Source of the DNA: Paraspadella gotoi
Lineage: Eukaryota; Animalia; Chaetognatha
Length of the DNA: 64,000 nt
Direction of reading: 5' to 3'
Assembly: GCA_051294375.1 (NCBI GenBank)
Contig: CM119271.1
Span: 13,702,372 to 13,766,371 of the forward strand
Below the pieces are notes generated by a model, which ran no database searches, was not told the DNA's origin, and saw only the letters and a list, made by a program, of their open reading frames with translations. This document shows, one piece after another, positions 53,833-64,000 of this stretch (position 1 is its first letter; the number at the start of each line of letters is the position of its first letter). Made by a program: the position numbers and the translations under genes.

Positions 53833-56800
53833 AAAGTTTATATGCTTAATACTAAATCATTATCTCCTGTGCATATGATGTCTCTTCAACAACGAATTAA
53901 GAAATAATATTAATTCTGAATTGTAAGTTATTAAGAAACGAATCTTTTGTAACTGATATTTATTTTGTCTATTTAGAGCTATGATAGTTTTTTATGATAT
54001 ATATGATAATTCTTTGTGATACAACTATCATATGATAATAAAAAAACATATTTATTGTAGATCAAAAACTATTAATATTGCGTATTTTATCAGTTTTTGA
54101 GCATCTTTTTCGGTTTTGGACACGCCCACTATGGGTAAGAACCTTTATTTAAAAAAAATTTTAAAGTAAAACCTATTAAATAATGAGAGTAACATAAAAC
54201 TTAGGCAATTATTATTTTTATAAAACTATTTTCTTATCTTGCAATTAAAGAAAAGAGAAAAATTCCATGTTGTAGTCAACGTCAACTTCCGGTCAATTGT
54301 GCGCAGGTCTAACGCAAAATCTGATTGAGGACACCTTGTTAATCGTTTTAAGCGCTTAAAATTATACTAGAAACTGTACAGGATTGTGAAAATTTTCGAC
54401 TGCATGGTTAAAAAAAAACAGTGTAATGTCCACTGTTTAAAATAAATCGTTGTAAAACTATTTCAAACTCTTTCTCATTACAAAACACAACAAAAGAAAG
54501 GATTTCACACAATAAATAGAATATTATTGGGAGATACAGAAAAATAAGATTATGACAAATTTTTTTTAAATATTTAGTGAGAGAAAGATATTAGGATGAA
54601 GCGCAAAGTGGGCTGAAGATTACTATCTGCATCTTTTGTGCCCCTTCAGCAGCAATGGAATGGTTCAATTGAATGGTTCCCGAGCTTGGAACCTAGCTTG
54701 AGGGTTTTCCAGGACCCCAAATGGCTATGAGCTGATGCTTGATGGTATTACTATATTTGCTACCGGTTCAAGACTGAAGGGGTGAACATACGTAATACCC
54801 GACTAAATGCCCCCCAGATTGTAACCCACCCTATATTGTTTTCAGTAGAGAGAAGGGAGCAATCTTCAGCAAGTCTAGGAGCCTGGAATAAGGTCAGAAT
54901 ACACTCGACAAGATGAGTTTACCAGTGTGGATAAGGCGCTAAGTGTGCTAAAGATTATTAACCATATCTTTTGTGCCCCCTCAGCAGAAATGGAATAGGT
55001 CCTAAGCTTTGAACCAGGCTCAAATATTTAGTCATTACTTTATTTTTTTATATCTCCCAATAATGTACATTGCTGCTTTTAATATAATAATTTAATATTT
55101 TAAAATGATATTCATGATTTGTTATTACTTATTTGATATTTATAAGTGTTTTGAATAAATAAATTAATAATGAAATGAGAATCATCTCATGTATTTTTAG
55201 ACAATATTGTCTTAAGATCCTGTTTAACCTTTTAGGTAAGAATTTAATTTGAACGATTTGCACAAAAGAGTTTCCCACAAAAAAGCGACTAAAACGGTGA
55301 AAGACCTGTTAAGATTAAATAAATTCATATACTGATATAATTCAAGGTTATAGATTTTTTTTTACCTGAATTTAGATTTATTTATTTTATAATTAATATT
55401 TTTAATTTTAAAGAATTAATTTAAAAAATAAGTTTTATAAAAAATTAAAATATTTATTTTGTTATATCTCATATTTATTACTTATTAACATTTATTACTA
55501 AGTATTATGAAGATTAAAATTTAAGTAGAACAGGCTGAATGGCCATATTTTGATATAAGATAGGGTAAAGGGTAAGCCCAAATTTAAAAAATTACTATTA
55601 AATAAGTTAATAAACAAATTTAATTAAATTTAGCAATATAATAATAATATTATTATTTAAAAAATTAATAAAAAATATTAAATAAATATTAATAGTAATT
55701 ATGATACTAATCAAAAATTTATCTTAAAATTATCTAAAATATATGATTAAAATCGATTTTATCTTTAAAGTGACTGTTTTGAACTAAGTTCGGAGAGTGG
55801 TTTCATTGACTTGCTAACTTTCCAAAGCTAACTCTACGCCAAATAAAGCGTTGGTATTTGTGGCGTAATGGCGCAGAGGAGACGATGGCGCCGGTCCATG
55901 ACGCTCAATAGATGAGGACGACAAAGTCTCGGCCACAAAGGCGAAGCCCAGGACTTAACAAATAGTAGTTTAAAGTGAGTTGAAAAGTTGAAGATAACAA
56001 AACATTTAATACAAACTCAGCAAATATATATATATATAAAGTTTAAAGAATCTTTCTTACTTGTTTCTGAAGCCAAAATAGTAACAAAGAGCATCGGGAA
56101 AAGGTGGAGAAGCTGGATTTCTTCGTGATATATAGATAGTTATTTCGTAAGAGTGACTATAAATTATTATGTTCAATATTATTTAATATATTTAATATTT
56201 AATTTAATTAATAGATTAATTAATTAATTATAATTTTTATTCAGCTTGTCATCATCGATGTCCTTTAAAATTGAGTCAGGACAGTTATTAAATGTTTTTT
56301 TACATTTTATCAAAACAAACAAATATCCTCTATTATCGAACAGGGTACGAACCCGGGTCCTTTGGGTAGAGAAGAGCTCACGCTACGTCCGGCGCCATAG
56401 GTACTGCTGATTCTTTAACGAGTAAAGGGGCTGTAGAGCTTCTCTCTCTCTTCTCTCTTTTAATTATTATATATCGCTCTTTCTCTCTCTCTTTTTCTCT
56501 GCAGCGGCTGTCTCTCTCTCTCTTTTCTCTCTCTGTGTGTGTCTGTCCCTCTCTGTCCGATCTCTTGCGTGATCGTTTGTTTTTTGAAAAATTCTGATTA
56601 TTTTTTTCCTTCTAAAAACTTTTTATTATTACCATTTATTCCGCGCTTTTTTTCAATACAAAATCCCATATTTTCATCCGAGATTTTCGTGGATTTATTC
56701 TCTTTCTTTCTCTCTCTCTCTCTTTCTCTCACTCTCTTCTTCTCTCTCTCTCTCTCTCTCTTTCACTCATACACGCATTTGTTTGTTTTATTGACTATCA

Positions 56801-57179
56801 TCGCATCAATGAATGACAATCATCGCATCAGTGAATGACTATCATCACAGCAGTGAATGACTATCATCGCATCAATAATTGATTATCATCGAATCAATAA
56901 TCAATTCCTATTACATCAATTAATTACTATTACATCAATCAATTAGTATTACCTCAATCAATTACTATTACATCAATAATTCGTTATCGCATGATTCATT
57001 CGTTTTTTTCCCGGGTTTTTTCATTAATTTTCTTTGATAGTGGGCTCTGGCTCGATCTTGAGTCTTTTAAGATTTTTTTATTTTATGTCTCCTTCTCTCT
57101 CTCTCTCTCTCCTCTCACTCTCTCTCACTCTTTCTCTCACTCTTTCTCTCTCACTCTCTCTCTCACTCTCTCTCTCTCT

Positions 57180-58318
57180 TTTTATGCAATAGCGACGATC
57201 CTTATGCTTTTAAGATTTTTTCAACTTGCATCATTTTTTCAACTTGCATTCCGTCAAAACTTTATATCTAGCTTCTTCACTCACTTTCCTACTGGCTCAC
57301 AAAATTTCATATCAATCTATCATGGGTTAAAATAAAAAAAAGATCTCAAGTAAATGTGACTCATATTTTTTCATTTAAACTCATTTCCACTGGTACGTTT
57401 CCACTGAAACTTTATATCAAGCTTCGTCACACATTTTCCTACCACACCACAAAATTTCAACTCAATTTATCCATCCAATTATGATTAATTAGAGTATTTA
57501 TTGGTTAAAATAAGTAAAAAGATTTTAGTAAATTCGACTTATGTTTTTTCCATTTAATAATTTCCACTCACACGATTCCATCGAAACTTTATATCCAGCT
57601 TTATCACACACTTTCCTACTCACACACAAAATTTAATTCCAATCCAACCAGCAAATCACGAGTTATTGGAGCTTTTTGCTAAGATAGGACGGATGGACGG
57701 ATTGATTGACTAATTAATTAATTATTGATTAATTTATTTACTAATTGATTAATTAACTGATTAATTATTTGATTTATTAATACATCCTGCATATACATTT
57801 AATATAAAAGGAAAAAGAAGCATAATCAATTAGTAAAACAGGTTTGTTTTTTTTTTCCATTTAAACTCATTTCCACTCAAACTATTCCATCGAAACTTGA
57901 TTTCCTGTTCAATCACACACTTTCCTACCCACATACAAAATCCAGGTCAATCAGCCCATCCACTCATGAGCAATTGGTGTTCAAATAGTGAATATATTTT
58001 TTTTTGTTTTTTCCATTTAAACTCATTTCCACTCGGACGATTCCATCGAAACTTCATATCCAGCTCAATACACACCTTACCTATCCTCACACAAAATTTC
58101 ATTTAAATCCATCCATCCAATCACGAGTAATTGGTGTTTTTTGCTAAGGTGGGACGGACGGACGGACGGACGGACATCATTTTTTTGCATAATTTATCAT
58201 AATTCGATGTTCTGACATGATATAAGTGTGTGCCCGACAATATTGAGGGGGCGGACCGACGGACCGACAAAGTGAGTCATAGAGTCGGGATCTGCTGATA
58301 AGCAGATCCGACTAAAAA
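57180..58318 (-). mobile_element. HINE/DINE-1-like element with internal subrepeats
   Basis: Terminal hairpin AGTCGGGATCTGCTGATAAGCAGATCCGACT-AAAAA, (GGAC)n tracts and repeated CATTTCCACT...CCATCGAAACTT...ACAAAATTT units. The left boundary is approximate. Confidence 0.6.
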
Positions 58319-59348
58319 CCAAACAGAAGAAGTCGTTAAGAGAGATCTAGTGTGGTTATGGATTTTTGGTAGATCTAATAGATAATTATCCCCCAAAAAA
58401 TATACAAATTTATTTTTATATTTCTAATACAGATGGCAACATCTTTAATGGCGTTCTCATAGAACGAACATCCTGATCATGCTTCATCTTTCTTTGGACC
58501 TGCCAATTCTACTGGGGATGCTAACATCATCGGCTTTAAACTCCATCTGTAAAGTTGACAAAAACTTTGTACGCGTGCGGGTTAAACGTGTAGTGAAAGT
58601 CGCATATAAAAATTAGTAAAGTAGATAATGACGTAATTTTACCGGTATATATTTTTAATAAAGAATAATATTATATACTATATAATAACATTTTTATACA
58701 TTTACAAATTGTAAAAATTTTATATTTTAGCTAAAATTTGTAAAACCTTTACTGAAGTCTTTATATTGGAAAATTCTCTCCCCGTTTTTCTGACCGAGAA
58801 TCAGTTCTGACCGAATCATTAAACCAAATATGATATGATTTCACGTACAGTATCTCATTGCCCAATGCAATGGCCAATTTGGCCATACAATTGGAACTAT
58901 TGAGGCAATTTTTAATATTTTACCCCTGAGCTCTTATACATTTGTTTTTTTAGCCACCTATGCTGACTCCTTTGAGGCCCATATCTTGGGTCATGGGTCC
59001 AATTTCATAAATTCCCTTGATCGTTTCATTTCTTTTGCCCTAAAACTAGTTCTTGCAAAATTTTATCAAGGTCAGTCTAGTACAGAAGGTTTTTTGAACC
59101 GAGAATCGGTTCCGATCAAACTACTAAGCTAACTTTGTTGAAATTTCGCATGAATGAATTTTAGGGCAATAAAAATGAGACTATAAGAGGATTTTCGAAA
59201 TTTGACCTATGACCCCAGATATGGGCCCCTCAAAGGTCAGCCCAGGCGCGAGTTAGAGGAGAGGCTCGCGGCTGATGTTGAGACACAGGGATGAACGCAT
59301 CACCCACGGGCTCCTCCCCCAACCCTAACTCTAAACCAGGCCTCCTGA

Positions 59349-60067
59349 TAGGACTAAGCTCTGACGAACAAAGCCAGAGGTTTTTTTTAATATATTCTTA
59401 TACCGGCCTCGGTAGAATGATGGCAATATTGTTAATATTAAGTTTCAAAAAATCCTACCATAAATATAGAAAATATTAACCAAAATCTTTGAAAAATCGA
59501 CCCCTTCTTTGGAAGATTTTCGCCATAGAAGATTTTTCCCGAATCTGACTCCCGGTTGAAAACTCTTAGAATTCCGATCGTTAGCTCCTCTTTTACTTTT
59601 ACTTTAAATAAAAATTTCACCAAAATGGACTAATTCACTTTCCCATGATCGTATCATATCAAAATAACCAAATAAAATGTAAAGACAAATTTTGAGAGCC
59701 CTTGAGACATATGGCTATCGAATTCCTGAATTCGAAGTTTATTGTAAAATCACAACATATGTTAAATGCGTTGACATTGTATTGAAGTTGAGAAATCCCT
59801 TTATTTTATTTATAAAAATTGCGTCAAAAATATTTTCCCAAGCAGACCAGTCCATTTGAATCTGATGTTTGATGTCAAAATGATGGTTATTTGTCAAGAG
59901 AAAAAAAATGCGAGCCCTTCAGATGCAACAGGATCGGAATCGAGTGTTTTTACATCTATTTTTTACCTGAATTTTTCCCAGGGGCGTTGACATTATTTGG
60001 TAGTCAGATTTTAACGAAAATCTCCATTGAAAAAGTCTTCGATTTCTAAGAACGACGTAGACTCCTA
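59349..60067. mobile_element. Inserted non-autonomous element, 7-8 bp TSD
   Basis: CTCCTGA is duplicated at 59342-59348 and 60068-60074, and the ends are TAGGA/TCCTA. Internal segments match the reverse complement of about 10675-10710 and 11825-11900. Confidence 0.65.
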
Positions 60068-60395
60068 CTCCTGATCAACTCCATGCCTCTCCCCTAACCC
60101 GGGCCTCCCATTCAACCCTAACTGCCTATCACATCAACCACGGGCCCCTCCCCCAACCCTAACCCTAAACCGGGCCTCCCGTTCAACTTCGAGCCTCTCC
60201 CCCAACCCTAACCCGGGCCTCCTGTACATCTCCGTGCCTCAACCCTAACCCTAAACCCCCGGTCTCCCATTCAACTCCGTCCGTACCTCTCCCCTAACCC
60301 AGGCCTCCCGTACATCTCCGTGCCTCAACCCTAACCACCTTCGACACATCACCCATGGGCCTCTCTCCCAACCCTATACCGGGCCTCCTGTTCAA

Positions 60396-61019
60396 TAGGG
60401 TGGAGTGATGAAAAGATTGAGTGATTGAACATTATTTTTTTGCTGCCTATGGACATATAATTAATGAATTTTAAATCCTTTTAAAATTTTTTTTAGCATA
60501 ACAGTATAGCAAATTCAATTATTTATGTAGTAATATCCTTATAAAATCGTCAAATTTCAAAATATTGTTTTATTTTTAAGAACTGATTTGGATTCGCTGT
60601 AAAAAACTAAGAAACTTTTATAAAATATGTTATATGATATTTTAATGTTTAGATCACAAAAAATGACTAAAACGTTTTAACATATATAAGTTTCTACTAC
60701 AGAGAATAAAAAAGTCAGGAATTTCTACCTTTTTTTTATTTTAAACATTGAAGATGACAGAATTTTTGATAACATGTTTTATATTTTTGATTCAACTTTT
60801 TATGAAGAATCTGAATTTTTATTAAAAGTTTTATAAAAATTATTTTTAAAATTTACTATTTTATAAGGATATTATTACAAATATATTATATTTTACTATT
60901 CTGTTCCCGAGATAATATGAACAAAATATTTTTTGTACTAGTTAATCATACTATCTCACATCTAAATATCATTGTTCGATCATTCAAATAATTTTTTTGT
61001 TCTTGAGTGCTCCACTCTA
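60396..61019. mobile_element. Non-autonomous hAT-like element
   Basis: TIR TAGGGTGGAG / CTCCACTCTA with a perfect 8-bp TSD CTGTTCAA. Confidence 0.85.
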
Positions 61020-61372
61020 CTGTTCAACTCTGTGCCTCTCTCCCAACCATAACCCTAAACCGGGCCCAGGTCTCCCGTACATCTCCGTGCCTCAACCCTA
61101 ATGTCCCTCGCCAGTACCATCCCTAATGCGGGCCTCCTGTTCATCAACAACACCCTCCCTACCCCTCACCTTAAAATTGACATTAATATTTAACCTAAAA
61201 TGAACTTAACTCAACCCTAACCCTAAATTACTTAACCCTAACCCTAAATTACTCAACCCTAACCCTAAATTACTCAACCATAACCCTAAATTACTCAACC
61301 ATAACCCTAACTACTACCAACTCAACCCTAATCCTAAACCAACTTAACCCTAACCCTAAACAAATTCAACCC

Positions 61373-61505
61373 TAATCTGAGTTTAGTTTAGGCGTAATCG
61401 TCATAACTCGAGCACTAGATGTAGCTCAGTTCGAAATCGCCAAATCGCGACTTAGCCATGACATGTTCTAGTTATAGTGATTTTACCTAAACTAAACTCA
61501 GATTA
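61373..61505. mobile_element. MITE of about 130 bp
   Basis: TAATCTGAGTTTAGTTTAGG ... CCTAAACTAAACTCAGATTA inverted ends, with partial internal symmetry. Confidence 0.7.
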
Positions 61506-62807
61506 TGATTAGGGTTGAGCTGGTTTAAGGTTAGGGTTGAGTTGGTTTAGGGTAGTTAGGGTTAGGGTTGGGTTAAGTTCATTTTAGGTTTAATATTAAT
61601 GTCAATTTTAAGGTTAGGGGTAGGGTGTTGATGAACAGGAGACCCGCGTTAGAGTTAGGGAAGGGACTGGCGAGGAACATTAAAATTGAGGCACGGAGAT
61701 GTACGGGAGGCCTGGCCCCGGGTTAGGGTTGGGGGAGGGGCCCGTGGTTGACGTGTCGAAGGAAATGAGGGTTAGGGTTGAATGGGAGGCCCGGGTTAGG
61801 GGAGAGGCATGGAGTTGAACAGAAGGCCTGGTTTAGGGTTAGGGGAGGAGCCCGTGGGTGATGCATTCATCCCCGTGTCTCAACATCAGCCACGAGCCTC
61901 TCCTCTAACTCGCGCCTTTCATTATATTCGCTACTTTTATCACTGGCGAGGACGCCAGTGGGGGTACTGGGGCCCTGGCGATATCGCCATGGCAAAGACG
62001 CCAACCAACTAGAACCACACCTGCATGAATCGCCGGCGACAAAGCTATTTGAATGAACTACAACTTAAAACTAAACAGTAAGCAAGTTTAAAGGGAAAAA
62101 ATGAATTTAAATTTATTGTAATTAATTTTAAAATGGTTTTTATATAAAGTTAAGACATTAATGCAAATGGTCATACAAAAATATTATCTTTAAAAAAAAA
62201 AAAAATTGGTAATTTTTTGCCCCTGCTCGGTGAACCCCAAGGGCCCTGCATCTTACCTCAGAGGTAAAATATTGAAAATCGCCTCGATATTCCATTAATT
62301 GTAGCCATTGGGATACAGTATGCAAAATCATAAGAATTTGGTTCAGTGATTTTGTAAGAACCGATTCTCAGCCAGAACAAGCTTGAGCAAACAATGTCGG
62401 ATCTCCCCACGATAATTAAGCAGTAATCAGCTAAAATAAATAAATAGATAAATAAATAAATACTATAGTAAAAATAATTACAAATAAAGTGCAAATAATT
62501 TTTTAACTATTATTTTTTTTTCCACTTGCATCATTTTTTTCAACTCCATCATTTTTTCAACTTGCATCATTTTTTCACTTAATTAATTATTTATTAATTA
62601 ATTAAAACATTCATGAGTAAGCATAAATAATAAAAATTCAAGTCGACTTGACTTTTTTTTTTTTTTTTTTATGCAAACTCATTTCCACTCCTCGATTTCA
62701 ACAAAACCTTATCTTCTGCTCAATCACTCAGTTTCTTTCCCACACACAAAATTTCATCCCATTCTATCCATCCAACTCTGAATAAATCGATTAATTATGG
62801 ATTAAAA

Positions 62808-62994
62808 TTAGGAAATGTTTATTGAGTGCCAATACAACGATTTTTTATTATCAATAGTACATGTTTCGACTCTGCTGGTTCGAGTCTTCATCAGAGTCGA
62901 AACATGTACTATTGATAATAAAAAATCGTTGTATTGGCACTCAATAAACATTTCCTAATATTCACTTAGCAACGAAAAAAGAGAAAATAATACA
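62808..62994 (+). mobile_element. Penelope-like palindromic mini-element, copy D
   Basis: Perfect inverted arms 62808-62958, then a tail GCAACGAAAAAAGAGAAAATAATACA. TSD ATGGATTAAAA(TTA) at 62797 and 62995. Confidence 0.85.
62858..62894 (-). ncRNA. Hammerhead ribozyme core (5' strand of stem I lost)
   Basis: CUGAUGA-A-GACUC-gaaccagca-GAGUC-GAAA-CAUGUA on the minus strand. Confidence 0.65.
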
Positions 62995-63304
62995 ATGGAT
63001 TAAAATTAATAAAAAGATTCATTTAAAGTCATTTCCACTCACACGATTCCATCGAAACTATATATCCAGTTCAATCACGCACTCCCCTACCCACACACAA
63101 AATCCTTACCCACACACAAAATTTCATTCCAATCCATCTAATCACGAGTAATTGGAGTTTTTTTGCTAAGGGGGGATGGACTGATAATATGATATTCTGA
63201 TGTGATAAAAATGATTTACCAACAAGGTTTAGAGGTGGGACCGACAAAGTGAATTATAGAGTCGGAATCTGCTAATAATCAGATCCGACTAAAATCGGGG
63301 AGAG

Positions 63305-63980
63305 CAGGACCCGTTTCATGGCTGCTAGAGGGGTTTAAAGAAGTTGCAGATAGTACTCTTCAGCCCCACTTTGCGCCTTATCCACACTGGTGAGCCCATC
63401 CTGTCAAGCGTATTCCAACCTTCTTAGTTAAAAAAAATTAAGTAGCATTTTTAGAATATTTTTACCAATTAAATGAAGAATTATTTTCGTGAAAAAACAT
63501 ATCTTTTATCAACTTTTTGTAAGTAATTTACTTATGCTTGTTGTCGGGCATTGCATAAGTTCACCCCGCCTATAAGCATGACACCTTCAGTCGTGACCCC
63601 GTGGCTCATTGAGTAAAGTCATCAGCTTATGACCATTAGGTACCGGGTTATGCCTGAAGGTGTCATGCTTATAGGCGGGGTGAACTTATGCAATGCCCAA
63701 CTACATTCGTCAGGATGGGCTCACCAGCGTGGATAAAACGCTAAGTGGGGCTACTGTCCGCAACTTCAACCCCCTGTAGCAGCCATGGAACGGGTCCTGG
63801 GTCTTGAAACTAGGCTTGAGGGTTTTCCATGCCCCCAAGGTGGCTTACAGCCGTCCTCACGCTTCCCGCTGGGTTCAATCCCAACCCGGTACCTAGTGAT
63901 CATGAGCTGATGGCTTTACTCAATGAGCCACCGGGTCATGACTGAAGGAGTCGTTCTTATAGGTGGGGTGAACTTAGTCA
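63305..63980. repeat. GC-richer dispersed repeat in inverted fragments (related to 54590-55020)
   Basis: 63306-63402 is inverted relative to 63710-63800. 63546-63698 has inverted arms of about 45 bp. Shared motifs GTGGATAAGGCGCTAAGTG, GCTTGAGGGTTTTCCA and ATGAGCTGATG recur at 54.6-55.0 kb. Confidence 0.7.
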
Positions 63981-64000
63981 ATTTTGACAGCATGTAGTCG

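Larger units (their letters stand above)
52119..54425. mobile_element. Non-autonomous long-TIR DNA element, 8-bp TSD
   Basis: Ends TACACTG...CAGTGTA, with about 155 bp of near-perfect TIR and weaker similarity further in. TSD ATGTCCAC at 52111-52118 and 54426-54433. Confidence 0.9.
51619..54511 (+). mobile_element. Penelope-like palindromic mini-element, copy C (interrupted by 52119-54425)
   Basis: The left arm starts at 51619. The right arm runs to 52118 and resumes at 54426-54479, followed by a tail CACAACAAAAGAAAGGATTTCACACA. TSD ATAAATAGAA at 51609-51618 and 54512-54521. Confidence 0.85.
51298..55765. mobile_element. AT-rich long-inverted-repeat element inside the outer shell
   Basis: 51298-~51590 matches the reverse complement of ~55480-55765 (AGATAAAATCGATTT, AGTATCATAATTA, ACCCTATCT, AGTAATAAA). 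Ends and TSD not resolved. Confidence 0.65.
51101..58377. mobile_element. Composite hAT-like TIR element (outer shell of a nested cluster)
   Basis: TIRs of about 64 bp (51101-51164 and 58314-58377, ends TAGATC/GATCTA) with a perfect 8-bp TSD ATAGATAA at 51093-51100 and 58378-58385. Confidence 0.85.
59244..61917. mobile_element. Foldback element built from telomere-like (CCCTAA/TTAGGG) subrepeats
   Basis: About 100 bp of near-identical terminal IR (AGGCGCGAGTTAGAGGAGAGGCTC...). The left half is AACCCT-rich and the right half is AGGGTT-rich, with 21-bp tandem units at about 61210-61370. No TSD seen. Confidence 0.8.
62515..63294 (-). mobile_element. Second HINE-like copy (same family as 57180-58318)
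   Basis: Same subrepeats and the same end motif CCGACAAAGTGA.T.ATAGAGTCGG.ATCTG...CAGATCCGACTAAAA. Confidence 0.6.

Noticed and set aside
56340-56400. tRNA gene
   Set aside because: A- and B-box-like motifs are present but I could not fold a full cloverleaf, so a SINE head is more likely.
57230-58130. CRISPR-like repeat-spacer array
   Set aside because: The context is eukaryotic, the units are long and degenerate without unique spacers, and there are no cas genes.
61200-61580. True telomere or telomere-fusion scar
   Set aside because: The repeats are short, interrupted 21-bp units enclosed within a foldback element, not long TTAGGG tracts.

Overview
Eukaryotic (metazoan, invertebrate-like) genomic DNA, with GC-rich exons in AT-rich introns and three short N gaps. 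Positions 0.6-45.6 kb are gene-dense. They hold a multi-exon TANC/rolling-pebbles gene (+) with an antisense Ig-superfamily membrane gene nested in one intron, an ankyrin/SOCS-box gene (-), a GPATCH2-like R3H gene (-), a 10-finger C2H2 gene, HEMK1 with a duplicated in-phase terminal exon, RPS2 and COP1 (+). Positions 46-64 kb are almost entirely nested, non-coding transposable elements. The most striking unannotated signal is a family of at least four short, ORF-less, palindromic inserts. Each has a target-site duplication, a conserved 3' tail and a minimal hammerhead-ribozyme core (CUGAnGA-A-stem II-GAAA-CAUGUH) with covarying stems, which is a Penelope-like retroelement signature. Exon boundaries were read by eye and no database searches were run.
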